Of a stretch of DNA of 64,000 nt, positions 1 through 12,731 are shown in pieces (position 1 is the stretch's first letter; each line of letters opens with the position of its first letter). The stretch is taken from positions 3,179,324 through 3,243,323 of the forward strand of contig BDGG01000001.1 of the NCBI GenBank assembly GCA_001949185.1. The letters are read 5' to 3'. A model generated the notes under the pieces. That model saw only the letters and a program-made list of their open reading frames with translations. It made no database searches and was not told the DNA's origin. A program made the translations under genes and the position numbers. Source of the DNA: Ramazzottius varieornatus (taxonomy: Eukaryota > Animalia > Tardigrada).

Positions 1-124
1 GGCTTACTGCATGCAGGTGTTTGACAGCAGAACGCATATTGTTTGCGTTCTATCAGTTTCTCTTCTTTGTGCTTTGAACATCTTTTGACCCAGACTCTAA
101 TCTGAATATGTTTTCTTTTCGTAG

Positions 125-1099
125 GTATACGGTAAAGGAGTTGCTGGCGCTGGAATACTTCCTGGACGAGTTGGATGTCCGGGTGGAGTTGGTTGATCGT
201 GATCGGGCCATCAGTTACGAGGGCAGTACTGTGTCAGTCCTTGTTCGCTACCCAGAAAAGCTGGCCAGCAAGTGTAAGATTGGTGATTCCAGAGCGGTTC
301 AGATCTCGCTGAATGTGCTGACAGATGACCCAGAAGTCATCGTCTCTGATATGGTCAAGCGCTCCCTGATGCCTGATTGCGATAACGTTCCCACCAACGT
401 TGTGCGTCAGCTTCGTGAGCGAATGGCCGAAGTCCGGAAGGAACAGAGCTGGCATCAACTGAGTCGACTCCAGAGCAGGGCAGTCTCCTCACCTCTGGAG
501 AAGTCTTCCACCGACGTATCTGATGCAGGTAACCAAGAAGTGGCGCCTGGCAAACTAACTCGACTGGATCGTTGTCCCAATTGTCGCATGCTGTTGCACT
601 GTTGCTAGCCGATAGCGTGCGGCGTTTGGAAAGACGATCTTTAATATCGAGCTTGCTTGCCGAGGTCCCAAATAAATTCCATGATACGAAGAGTTTTCAA
701 CAGACAAATTCAAACAGATTTGAAACATTGATGTCTGTTACAGGTACTCAATTGAACAAGGCCTCGAACTCTTCCCCTCCTTCCTCTCAGGGCTCCTCGC
801 GTCCGGTTCGTCCTGCCTCGGACCTCCTCGATCTGGACGAGAAGCTGTCGAACATCACCAACTTCTCCGTGATGCGACACGAGTCGGTAAGCTTCAAGCC
901 TGGCGAAGCGCCAAGACTTCACGTCCGAAAGGTGTCGGATCCTGGTTTGTATTCTTCGAGCGAACTGGCTTCGTTGGACAGTGCTGCGGAACGAGCAGAC
1001 ACTTCGCGAACCCTGACAGCGGAGGTTCAGACTGGTCGATTCAGAGTTGCTCCGACAGCAATGATTGGTGAAGCCAAAGAGAATATTACAGATTTCTAA
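125..1099 (+). CDS. WNK: WNK-family Ser/Thr kinase, 3' part (end of kinase domain, autoinhibitory/CCT-like domain, C-terminal RFxV motif); 5' part lies outside the window
   Basis: Exon 125-528 translates RYTVKELLALEYFLDELDVRVELVD...VRYPEKLASKCKIGDSRAVQISLNVLTDDPEVIVSDMVK...RERMAEVRKE. This is collinear with WNK1 RYSIKDLLNHAFF..GVRVEL..LRIED.KKLKGKYKDNEAIEFSFDL..D.PEDVAQEMV. A GT-AG intron spans 529-743. Last exon 744-1099 carries GRFRV. Confidence 0.8.
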
Positions 1100-1510
1100 G
1101 AACTGACCTAGTCTGAAAATAAACGTGTTGTACACCAGTACAACCAAACCAAAGAACTCTAGTGATAGAATGGTATGTTTACTATTTACTTGGAATCTCT
1201 TCGTTTTAGAAGACTTGCGAATGAGTTTTTGGTGGAAAGCGAGAAATCCTTTTTGATTTTTTCCTTTTCGTCTTTTCCTGCATATCTCATTATTGTATGT
1301 GCAGATATTTTGCAGAATCGAACGTCTTATCATATTACGAATCTTTGCTTTTGTTTTTCTTTCTGGGGCAGAATGATCGCTGGACGATCGTCCCTCTTGC
1401 ACAGCTGGCATTCAATGGACCTTTATATTTCCTAATAAATTGTTTCTAATCTGTACAGTTCGGTACACAAGGTCCAAGCAGAATCTCTGCAGCAAGTTCG
1501 AAGAAAGAAA

Positions 1511-3176
1511 TTAGGCTTCGTTAAACTCCCCATGCTGAGAAATGACCCAAGCTAAACCCCATTTCAGGTTAGTGAGCATCCATTTCAGAGCCTTCGTCCA
1601 CTGCTCCACAGAATTAAATTGGGCACGTATACAGTAGCTTGCGCCAGAATGGACATCCTTGATCCTCGCAGGTCCTGGCTCGATGTCGTACGGAAGGCAA
1701 AATCCCGAGTCACTTTTCTCCACCTGCAAAAGAACGTCCCATGGTTGGAGTACATTGTAAAACAGATTATTTGTGTTTGATACCTGAAGTTTGAACTGGT
1801 GAAGGCAATCCAGGAAAGCCACCATGGCGTTGTCGAACTTGGAATCCCAGAAGAACTTGAAGCCGCCGTCTCCGTACAAGGGTAACTTCTTGTTCTGATC
1901 GTCCAGGCATTCGATGTATGAATGACTGCCAAATGGGACTAGTTTATAGCGCTGAAAAATAAAGTTCATTCTCCTGGCTAGCGAATGTAGCAGAAGGACA
2001 GTCTGGCCCCAAGCTGCGTTGATTTCCGGCCATTCAACGGGTGAGCCAGGAAGACGACCCAGGCGGAAGCCATTGATGGTCCCGAACTGGTCTTGATGCC
2101 AGATATGGAAGGCTATGTTGAAAACGCTTGTTTTCTTCAGCTTGTCCAGCAGCATTTCGGCAACCCGAAGTTGGTAGTCGACGCTTTCTTGCTCCTCGTC
2201 GAGCTCAGCAATTTCCCTGTCATACTGCGCTCGCTCTCGGAAGTAGTCTTCTTCGGCCAGCCTGATCTTCTCACTTTCGCGCGTCAAGAAATCCTCCCTC
2301 GACGCCAGTTCCTGTACGTGCAGAGCTAATTTTAGCGTAAGTACTGAGAAACCGTCGTAATTCAAGAATATAGCCAATATACTTCGTTGTCGGTAAGACG
2401 ATAAATATTACGTCTTGCATCGGATCTATAGAGTGCGATGTCACTTGTTATGCCGCTGTGACATACTAACATAACGGCTGACTGCTTCACACGTGTGTAT
2501 GCCGTCATGCGTCTCCCCCGTAACTGCCTACCTGTCGATCGTTTTCTTCGTAGGTCAACTGTTCTCTGAGCGAGACTTCCTGTGCTTCCAACAGAGCTAG
2601 TTGTTGCTTTAGACCTTCAACGTCTGCACGAGGGCCATCTTCTCCATCGCCTTCAGTATTCTTTCGATACTGCTTCAAAAAGTATTCGTAGTTGATACAT
2701 TCTTGCTCCACAGCCTGGATTTCCGTTTCCAGTTCTTCCATGACGCTATCAGTGCAGCTAGCACAAACAGGGTGGTCGATGGTAGAGATGTCCGACAAAA
2801 GTTCCATGAGTCGAAGTTTTTCGCTCTTTCCAGTTGTTTCTTCAGGAGTGAAAACTATTCGCCTTCGTCCGAGGGGAAGATCTTCGGCGTCGTTGTCTTC
2901 CATGGCTGCTGCTCGTAAGTTCTGTCTCAAGTCGTCGTTACCGTCACTTTCGCTAGACAGCCGTCCCTCCGTCTTCTGAAACAGCATTGGTTCATGGTCG
3001 CGAGTCGTTGTATCGGAAATCAAATCGGCCAGAAGAGCTTCGTCCGACGGGTGGTCCATCTTGTCCATCTCTAGCAGCTGGTGGCATCGTTGGCAGCAGA
3101 TGTAGTTCGTGGTTCCTTTCGAGCTGGAGCTTCCTTCCGAATCCATTCTTGCTGATCGTAGTTGGTCCGTGTTCAT
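1511..3176 (-). CDS. BECN1: Beclin-1 / Atg6 autophagy protein
   Basis: N-terminal CQRC motif, [11 protein letters not shown], coiled coil and BARA domain ([57 protein letters not shown]). Exons 3176-2532, 2311-1784, 1723-1511. Alternative start at 3146. Confidence 0.95.
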
Positions 3177-3547
3177 CCAGCCTCTCACCCGACGTTTTGA
3201 AAGACTGAAACAGAAGAAGTCGAGGAGGAAAGCTTGTTCACGTGCATCACGATTCAAGAATCAAAAACCATCTAAACCAAGAACCGATCGCGAAACGCGA
3301 ATGGCAGACTGTGCGTACGTCAACATTGTCATGTTATAACGATATCACATCACTAACACAGGCATCACTGTAACATAACATGTCGACTCTTATTGTATAC
3401 TTCCGGTCCGAGAGAACTGTTTCTTCGCAACTTTTAGTGATTTCTTGCTTTCCAGAGTCTAACCCTTACGAGCTTCCTCCATGTACCACGGGATCAAGCT
3501 GATTGGGCATTCTTGAACGTGTGATTCTTTGTAGCAGGGAAAACATC
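3177..3547. promoter_or_regulatory. Probable bidirectional promoter shared by BECN1 and ATMIN
   Basis: Divergent start codons are ~370 bp apart, with an ETS-like ACTTCCGG at ~3399. Confidence 0.5.
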
Positions 3548-5120
3548 ATGGAAGCGCCGCGGATTGCACCAGCCATTCCACTGATAGCACAAGTGCCCAT
3601 CTACCTGGACTTGATCCCTTCTGCTGACGAAATACTGTTCTTCAACAAGTCCACCATATGTTCAACCTGCAATACAAAGCTGTCCGATTATGCATCCGGA
3701 AAGATCCATGAGTTCATCGTTCATGATACGAGCGGTACTCTCGCATATGTAGGTTTTTGAGAACGTGCCCGTCGACACCGTGCCTCTTAGTTGACAGCAT
3801 CCTCTTCTGTTTCACAGGACGATCGGACGAGTGATCACATAGACCTCAAACTTTCCAAGCTTGAACCCCGATACTTTTGTCCTATTTCCGGTTGTCGGTA
3901 TGAACTGCCTGCCGTAAAGCCCGATGTCGACAGTAAACTTCGATGTTTCGCTTCGTTGCGTTATTTGAAAGAGGTACAGTACTGTTGCCGCTAATTACTT
4001 CGTCAGTGTGAATAGTGGCGCCTAAATCAACTGACTCCCAGTTTGCTGAGTGTTTGTAGCACTATCTCCGGCTACACTCGGATCCTTCCAAGCTGCAATG
4101 CAGCACGTGCAAGCTGAAGTGTCGCACGGAGAATGAACTGGCCATTCATAAGAACATATCATGCGGCCCTTCCTCCTGTGTCTGTGGGAAATCCATCCGG
4201 TCGCGCTCGGGCTACCTGAAGCATATGAAGAACTGCGAAAAAGCGTTGACCTTGAAGAAGAAGGAGGGTCTTTCTCGGAGCCGTTCTTCGAGCACCATTT
4301 TCCTGGTTAACAAGTAAGTCAGTTGCTCGTTGCGCACGCCTCAAACTAATCTACTGCATTCTAATTCTGCACAACTGTACAACTTCCATCTAACAGATTG
4401 AACTCGCATCCATCTCTTTCGCTGAGGAAAGTTCTCCCCAAGGCTAAGGAGTCTACCAGCGAAAGAACCCACAGGACCGCGAGCACTCTCCAACTGAACA
4501 GCTGTGTACAGACAACCGAAACGGCTTTCCTACCACTGCGACCATCGGGAGTCTCTCGATCAGCGCAGTGTGTCCCCTTGAACTTCCAAGATTTCTCGAA
4601 GAGCACTGAATGCAGTCAGACCATAGAAATAAACTCGACCGTCAGAGATAGTTCTTGCCAGACATTAGGTGTTCTGAAAAAGACCTCAGTGCCTCTCGGT
4701 ATCGATACCTTCACGCAAACGGAGCTTCTGGACGAGAACGAAGGTCTCTCGTCTCGCGATGCCCGGGTTCTGTTGGACTTCTTGGAGTACGGTCCGAGTG
4801 TCTCCGCTATGGAGACCCAAACCATAGAGTCGGAGTTGGCTCCGTTCCTGTTGCCGTCTACTAGTATCGAGACACAGACATTCGCCTGCGAGACAGATTA
4901 CTTTACTATGCCCAGCGGTGGGTCGCTCCCACTGTCACCGGCCATGTCTATGGAGAGCCTTAGTACCCAGACTTCCGCTCTTCTGGACGAACTGATCGAT
5001 GAAATGGTTCAAGTGGATATGCAGACGCAGACTTTAGATGGTTCGGAAAACTGCGCGGTGTGGGAGTTCACTGACGCGGATACCCAAACTTGTGGTCAAA
5101 GATATAGCATGTTTGAATGA
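3548..5120 (+). CDS. ATMIN: ATM interactor / ASCIZ-like zinc-finger protein with repeated TQT dynein-light-chain-binding motifs
   Basis: Zinc fingers CSTC...H...H, YFCPISGC..Y...F..LRYLKEHYLRLH, CSTC..H...C and CVCGK..H...C. The acidic C-terminus has multiple (E/S/Q/D)TQT motifs. Exons 3548-3748, 3818-3973, 4060-4313, 4397-5120. Confidence 0.85.
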
Positions 5121-6208
5121 CGAAAATATTGTGGATAATTGTGGTCTGGAATTTTTGTGACGAATCTTTGTACATGGTGGACGTTCTTTTTTTATTTACC
5201 GGAAGTTTCGCGATCAAGAAAACTGACAGACTATATTAATCTTTATTGGCTTCTTCTGCGGTTGATGTTTCATTTAGCCAGTGTTTGGGTTTCCATCCTA
5301 CAGCCGATTACGGTGGCTATTGAATTACAGTTATTCAGACATCAGAAATGTTGCCAGACGGCCATTACTACAGCGCGGAACAATAGGTTGAAAAGCAAAA
5401 GGGACAGTCCGTTTTGGTAAACTTGTAGCGAAATCACCGATTTACACTTTTACAGAATGTCAGATTTAATTGTCTCAAATTTTGTCTTGCTGTCCAATAA
5501 CGCATTGACAAAATGTGTTATCCTAAAGGCATTTTCGGCCCCGAACTTGATCTTTCCGCTTCGTGAACATATCCAACAGACAGGGAGCCACCGTGCAAGA
5601 GCTAATACTGTCTAATACAGTGCGTGTAAGTGCTGCATGGTCTCGAAAGTTCTTTATGGGCGACCGGAAGTACCGGTAGAGACAGCTAGGTGTGCATGTG
5701 ACGTGTTTGCAAACCTCAGAGGAGACGCAAAGTCATGGACAGAGAATGTAGCACCGGTTTTTCCGGCTGGAAATTCACCGGGAAGGTTTGGATCTGGCGC
5801 CTGATATTCATTGTTAGTCAGCACAGCTGGCTAACTTAGCCTATTCTTATCAAAGTTTTGTAGTGCCTCAGGGCGTTAATTACAGTTCTGACTTTTGGAG
5901 CTGAAGAAAGGGCGAGCCTTCAATTACATCCTTCAACAACATAACAACAAATTTGTAAGTTTTTTGGAAGTCACGGTAAAATCTAATAAAAGTAACACCG
6001 TCCATCTAACTGTAACATGGCATTTCAAACGTGGTGTATTCAGAAAATTAATAAAACAGAATTTGACGGTCATAGATATCTAAGAGGAGCGTTATTCTAT
6101 GCAAGGCAAGATTTCGAAGAGCAAATATTTGGGTCTGAGCTGTAAGCATAATGGCAGGCACTGGCTATGGTTGACAGTATTCGTATCCGCGGGTACTCTG
6201 ATTGGAGC

Positions 6209-8350
6209 TTACTCCCATTCACTGTACAGCTGGCGGGAAGACGAAAGGCCCAGCGGAAGGGCGTTCTGTACGTTGGTGTAGGACGACCACCTTCTCATAT
6301 CGTCGGTATCTGTAAAATCCAAACGATTTCGAGAATGTAAAGACTACGCTGTGTTATTTGAACTGGCAAGTGGTAAACGCAGCGGATAATGTTGCTGTCT
6401 TGTGTGGCGCACCATTACAACTAATGACGATGAGAACGTGCGCCGCTAGAGACGACGATCGTGCACGTTTTTGCTTACCCAGCTCCCAGTTAATAAAGTA
6501 CCTGGAAAGTTCTTGGCAGACAGCCCCTGATAGCTTTGCAGGGGTTGTCGATACTGAAAATGAGCAGTAGACTGATCGAGTGGCAGTTGATATCGCTGAT
6601 ACTGTTGGTTGAGGACTGGGAGGAAGGGATAGCTGGTGTGGTTGGAAACCATTCCGTATACGGAAGACGTGGGACTGATGCGACTGATTGGTCTCTTCAA
6701 CGTGTCCGTTCGGCGGTCCTCCGCATCCTGGAAAGTGAAATATCGATAGAAAATATATCATGTAATTATAACTGTTCGCGCGTAATTACTGTAGGTAGCA
6801 TGACAATGTTGTCAGAACTTGTAACAATGATCGGCAGCTTGATAGGGAGTTACGCAACATCTCCTGCAGCCACGGTATTAAGACCGGCTTCATGATCACA
6901 CTTACGTTTTCCGTTGTTGCGTAAGGTGGGTCAACACTTTTGTTCGTTTTCTTTTGCGCACGGGCTTGGTTATTGTGACTTCGGGGGTAATGTTCATCGC
7001 GTGGCGTGGACAAGAACCGGCTGGCACTGACGTTCTCCATCATGGCCGGGGCTCTCGAGACATTATGCGACCCAACCATCGCGTAAACTGAAAAAAATTC
7101 CAATATTTGGATATCAAGTTGACGAAGCGAACAAGGTTCGAAACACCACCCGCCGGACTTCATGTCGAAGCCGGACAAAGAAAGTGCCCAAGATCGGTGT
7201 CTTGAGAGGCGCACCCTTCCAGCCAATAGCAATCGAAAACGTGCAATGGAAATAGCAATCGAACAGGCTGGCTCCCGTTAGAAACTTACCGGCTTCCGGG
7301 AGCTGTGATCGGAGCATGTCCAAGGCCACGATGTTTATGACCATGACCCAACAAGGTGCGTCCAAAATATCTTCCGTGTCGTTCTGGCCAAAGAATATAC
7401 TGGTGAAGCACTGAAGCTCCAGCTTCCTCCGGTTCAGGTAAGGTCCTTTCAGTTCATGGGCGATATTCTGGATAAAGCGTTTCATATCGAACACCTAGAA
7501 AGATATTAAATATTTTTGCCCTGTCTTTGAGTTTCCAGCAATGTCTTCGGAATCTCTTTCTGTCAATCACAACTCAGATTTTTTTCACTCAGAAAAAAAT
7601 CTTGAGTTGTAGTTCTGGAGTTTCCAGCCCGCCACAAGGGCGGTACATGACCACTTAATCTATTCCGTAATTACTGGTGCTGTTCAGCCAATAAATTCAA
7701 TACATCTACTTTTTAATTCACAGACAAAAACATCCACCACCCGTCCTGTATATCATTATGGGACGATAACGATGGAACCCTCCTTACCTTGGCTGGTTTT
7801 CCGGTCTCGAGTTGTCCTTGAGCTTTCTGAACATCTTCTGAAAGACAGCTGTCGCTCACACTGTATTCTCGCACACAGACATCAGCTTCTGTAAGCTTCT
7901 TTATGAAAAGGTTTCCTTCCTGGTCCAACTTTATTTTGATTCCCTGGTAAAAGGGAAGAAAGGCATGAAGAACCCGACAGTGAAAATTCCGGTAAACGAG
8001 TTGAACCCAACCGCCATCTTAAGTGGCGCACGTTTTCATTGCTGCTGGCTCAAAACGTTTGCCGCTTGGAAAATGGATCTGGTTCAATTCATCTTTCCGG
8101 GTTCGATTTGTTTTCGTACATCGCCGATTGTCTTGTGTGTCTCTATTGTTTCTTCCTGTCGCTTTCCATTCTCGAAACCACAGACTCCGATTCTGAACCC
8201 GTCGAAACCGTCATCGGAACCGTTGATGGTCAGTACCGGTACTCTGGCGTAAGCTTTGGCGACTCGTCGGTTCTTCTCTACACAGATAATTTTTCCCCAT
8301 ATTTCGTCGTCGATGTCGTTCCATTTGTCCAGGACCTCCTTTAGATGGTG
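6209..8350 (-). CDS. exp: Expansion/Rebuf-like MH2-domain (Smad-like) chitin-deposition factor; 5' end not determined
   Basis: HLKEVLDKWNDIDDEIWGKIICVEKNRRVAKAYARVPVLTINGSDDGFDGFRIG..GFEN...PCWVMVINIVALDML matches the insect Expansion MH2 domain, and the protein ends EWE*. Exons 8350-8120, 7943-~7788, ~7494-7290, 7087-6906, 6727-6502, 6309-6209. Confidence 0.85.
6404..6446. repeat. Copy of dispersed intronic inverted-repeat element
   Basis: GTGGCGCAC-N25-GTGCGCCGC in exp intron 6310-6501. Confidence 0.8.
7198..7244. repeat. Partial copy of dispersed intronic inverted-repeat element
   Basis: TGTCTTGAGAGGCGCACCCTTCCAGCCAATAGCAATCGAAAACGTGC closely matches the reverse complement of the 61326 copy. 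It lies in intron 7088-7289. Confidence 0.7.
8021..8067. repeat. Copy of dispersed intronic inverted-repeat element
   Basis: AAGTGGCGCACGTTTT...AAAACGTTTGCCGCTT in intron 7944-8119. Confidence 0.75.
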
Positions 8351-11300
8351 CTGTGGGAAAAAAATACCAGCATTGATATTGTACATGTGCATGGACAATG
8401 TCAGACCTGAATCAGTTGACATGGTTTTCGATTAAAGAACCTGCCATAACCCGTAGAATGTAATAAATTAAAATCTGATGAATAATGCAGAAAACTGGTA
8501 CTCTAGGGCAGACAGGCTGGCATTCAGCGAAAAACGTGAGCTAATCAAGTTCTCTAGATTTTCGAATAAGAGGGATTTCCGACCAAAACAGTCTGAGAGG
8601 TTCCGTCTAGCCGGACCTCTGCTTAAGAAATCTCTTGGCATTACTTTGAGAATTTTGAACTTCATGATGATGAAATTAGTTATCGTCCACATTAGAGAAT
8701 TTAAATTTTCAAAAGGTGCCAAATTGCCAATATTGCATGGTTCCCCTTCCCCCGCAAGTTTATCTTATGACCAGGAAGTGAACCATCCTGGTCATTCATA
8801 GCTTGGCTACAAACATTGAAGAACACCTAGTAATTAAAAACCCGAAATCTGTTTACATGCATTCATTGGAGTTGGCTCATTGTGAAAAACCGGCTCACTG
8901 TGAAAGACCTGGCTTCTTCTTTCCAACGGTGGACAAAACGGAGAGAACTTTTCGAATGGAGTTGTTTGGAAGTTTGAACTTTACAGCCGATGTACGTTCT
9001 TCGAGCAGACAGAGACTCACAGAATGAATCTCCCTTGGCTGAATGGCGTTTCTTACCCTCCAAAACCTGCTCGTCTGAATTTTTCCTACAGAACTGTAAT
9101 TAGAAGGCAAAGGAACGACTGTATGAGAAATTAACCCATTGTCCAGAAGGCTGAAGCACCTCCTTTCTAGAGCTCGTTGAGAAAAGCGAAAGCGAAAGTG
9201 ATCATCCTGTTTCTGTCCTTGTATCATGAAATGTTTGCTTTTCGGAAAATCCCTGCAGGGGCAGTTCTATACGAATTAGCGATGCAAAGCAATCTGACTT
9301 TGCATGGCATTAAACGACGCCACGTGTTGGTGAAACTGGGCAACGACGATGTCTGAGAGACCGCGAACTGCTCAAGAATAATGATGCTGTATGCGCGCGT
9401 TGGTCCACATTGCCGCTCGCATAATCTGATCAAATCTTTTCCGGCGACCATTCGAGCGTTACGGGAGCCATATGAAGGCTTGATCGAAGAACCAAAAAGC
9501 GAAAAACTTCGCCGAGGATGTGCGATGATGAATGCATTCAAAGTCAATTTCATCGAAGCTTTCGATCCAGCCGGCGTCAGAACTGTTTGATGTGAGAAAG
9601 CTCGTCGCCCAAAAGTGAAGAGCCATGGTTCTCACTGTGAGCTAAGGACCAGAAACTCTTCCGACTCAAGAAACCTGTACGCGGGCTCCTCTTTCGAGTG
9701 CCGTGCAACATGCACAGGGTCAGTTCAAAACTGATGTAGAGCCCAAAGTATGCTTTCTTGGTGGAAATGTGTCGCAAATGTAGCGGCCACCCTGTGATTT
9801 CTGAGCTTTCACTTGGCTCTCGATGAAACGATGAGATTGATAGCATTGAAGCGCGTCGGCTCGCAGCGGTCATCGAAAATGTCCGTGGGTAGATTCTCGG
9901 GCCTACTTACGTAACCGATGTGCTCAATGTCGAAGAGTGCGCTCTTCTTCACAATGATGACACTTCAGAGCTGTACTATGATGGACCACAGGTCGAACAA
10001 AGATTGCCTATCATTAAGTCACTTTCGTTCTCCTGACCGTAACAGATGGACTGACCCGCATTCTTGATCATATTGCTTCATTGAAAAGAGAATACATCAT
10101 CGGACTGAAGAGCTTCAGACTCGAAAGAACGTTACGGGCCATGGCGGCGCTAAATTTTGGATTTTATGTTTGGGTTCTCGAATATTCACTCACCGCATAA
10201 AGAGAATCCTTGTCATGCCATACGTCACTTTCTTCTTCTGCTTCACGAGCCGTACCAAGTCCAGCCTGTTGACTCTTGATGATCTTCCGGCGGGAGATTC
10301 CCGAGTTTTGTTTGATTCCGTGTTGGCTCATTCTGCTACAGCAGGGAAAAACACGAGATTGAATCTAACCAAAGAGTGATATGGAATTCCAACCGCAGTG
10401 TATCAAGGCCTCAATTAGAAACATAATTTGAGACTTCCGCAAAAATTCTGGCAAGCGGCGCAGTACACGATACGGCAAATATGATTGGTTATGGTTGTGC
10501 AAACAAATGGTACTCACTTGTGATTACAACTCGAAGGTCGTTATGGGTCTCCGGCAGGAAAAAGTTAAGTTGACTTATCAACAACCATCGAAAAACACCG
10601 CCTCTTGCCTAATTATGCAAGGGAATAGTCGGAGGCGGCTCGGACGAAATTACGGTTCATGAGACAGAAGTAAGAAGTGCCAAAAGTGTAGGCGAGCGAG
10701 TACGCGCTCCACAATATGACAGCGAAGAAAACTAGTCCGAACAGGAAAGTGACACTTCGAACAGTAGCAGGTATAACGGTACGCGGTGAGCGTCGTACGA
10801 CTATGACAGGTTGGTACAGCGCAATAGCGCAGCGTGATTCTCCTTCCTACAGAGACGGTGGCGGCGCCGGTGGTTCTTCGAAGTTCTTGCTTGGTCTAAG
10901 CAGTGAGACAGCGAAAGCCACCGAGCTCTGTAACTAGTAAGCCATACCGTAAACCAGAACGAAGAAAAGAAAAGAAAGTGAAAGAGAGCAAACAATGCCC
11001 ATAGATCGATGAGGCATGGAATGCAGATACCCCGCAGCGATCTGTACGGTCTCTTGTAATTGCCAACGTTACTTTTGGACAATTGTTTACATCGCAGTTA
11101 CTGTCGTATACAATGCAACCTCAGTTTTGGGGGTTCCAGTAGAAAGTGAATCGAATATAAAAAGAAGCCAAACACCGCAGTAAACCTACATGTTGCTTTT
11201 AGAGTCTCCTGAGGCTTCTTTTCCATATTCTTCTTTTTCCCGAATATTAGAAAATTCTTTTTGAATTGTGAATCGATATAACTCCGGACAACTTTGGACA

Positions 11301-12731
11301 GTTTGAAAATTCAGTCGAGCTTCGCGTAAGTCGAGGCGCCGAAGTCTCCGCGTTCGACCATACTAACAAGAGCTTAATGAATGCCTACGGTTTCGCACCT
11401 GCACACCGCGCTCGTTAATTTTAACTGGTTTGAAGCTGATAGATGCCAGTGATCATTTAGCTCTTTAACTGATACCGTTCGTGTATAAGGTACTATATAT
11501 TTCTCGAAGTTCGTCGCTGCGCACGACGACCCACTCACGGGAGTGATCGTGCTAAACTGCACGACATGCATATGCTTGGTGATTTTTTCCTCTCGGATTT
11601 TAATGTGTTTTGCACGTACTGTAGCTGTACAATGAGTCAGTGACCAATATGAGTGGATACTTCCTTCCAAAACCGCTAGCGATCGTCAAAAATTGGACTG
11701 AAGGAAAGATGGGCGACCGCAAAATCCATGTAATCGGAGAGTTTTCCAGACCCAACCTGGATCCAAGAGTCTGATCCTTTGAGAAACTGGTCCGATGTAG
11801 CCGAAAAGTTTCGGGTGCGAAAGTGGTCAAGATCATAAACGGTACGCGGGAAAAGGACAGATGGCAGCACAAAAGAAGCACCTGGCGCCACCTGGGATAC
11901 AATCATGTATTCTGATTTTTGGGGTGCAAGGCGTGACTGCTGAAACGTATTGTTGTTTCCTACTGAAAAAAGCAGTTTGAAACAAAACTGCTGGACAAAA
12001 TCATGTGACATCTGTGTCTGCTCGGTGCGAAAAATCTGGGGATTCGAAGAATCCATTCAAACGACTAGATTCAACCCGATATCAAAATAATCAAATGTTA
12101 GCCCTTCCCGCGAACTGTACGCTTGTTGTTTCACGACACCTTCTCGGTCGTCCTGTCGTTATTTCACCTGCATGGAGCTTTTGAAAAATGTCTGCCGGCA
12201 CCAGCACTTATTGAACAGGGCACATTCCCTTAACTATAACAGCTTCGGAATAGACAAAGTCACGAGCTTGAAACTGCCCGACAACTCCAGGCACCGGCAA
12301 GTTGTTCCACGTAACACCTACACCAAAAAAGTTGCCATCCTGGTCCATCGAAATCCACTACCGCACAAGTCATGCTATGATTATGCTGCATTTCTGAACA
12401 GGCTGTACCCCATATCCGCCTCACTTACTCAACGCTACATCGAAAAAACATCTCCAGGGTGATTCTCTCCGATGACTCAAGCCGATCATGTCAGATCCTC
12501 TGCAACCAATAGAATAGTTTCCCGTGGAACAATAGAGAGTGATTAGCTGGGTAAGTACCGTTTAACGAGGTGTTGACGCAAAAGTTTGGATTCCCCACTG
12601 CTGTTTTCGCTCTCAGTGGTTCCGGCAAAAATTACATAAGCCGCTTTCAAACAAAAGAATCCATTAGTTGTAGTATCCCCATTTTTACTTCTTCTCTAAT
12701 CTTCCTCTGGTCCCAAGTGCACCTGTTCAAC

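Noticed and set aside
710-1411. Long antisense ORFs (also 13481-14008, 33670-34374, 51190-51705, 56380-56745)
   Set aside because: They are shadows of real coding exons on the opposite strand with no recognisable protein features.
1724-1783. 20-aa insertion in the Beclin-1 BARA domain
   Set aside because: It is a 60-nt stop-free GT-AG intron read through by the ORF finder.
7569-7610. AT-rich hairpin in an exp intron
   Set aside because: It is driven largely by T7/A7 runs, occurs once, and has no further support.
8800-12500. Short ORFs between exp and the CBM14 gene (similarly 46300-48700 and 63400-64000)
   Set aside because: No recognisable domains or consistent exon chain; probably UTR or regulatory sequence, though small exons cannot be excluded.
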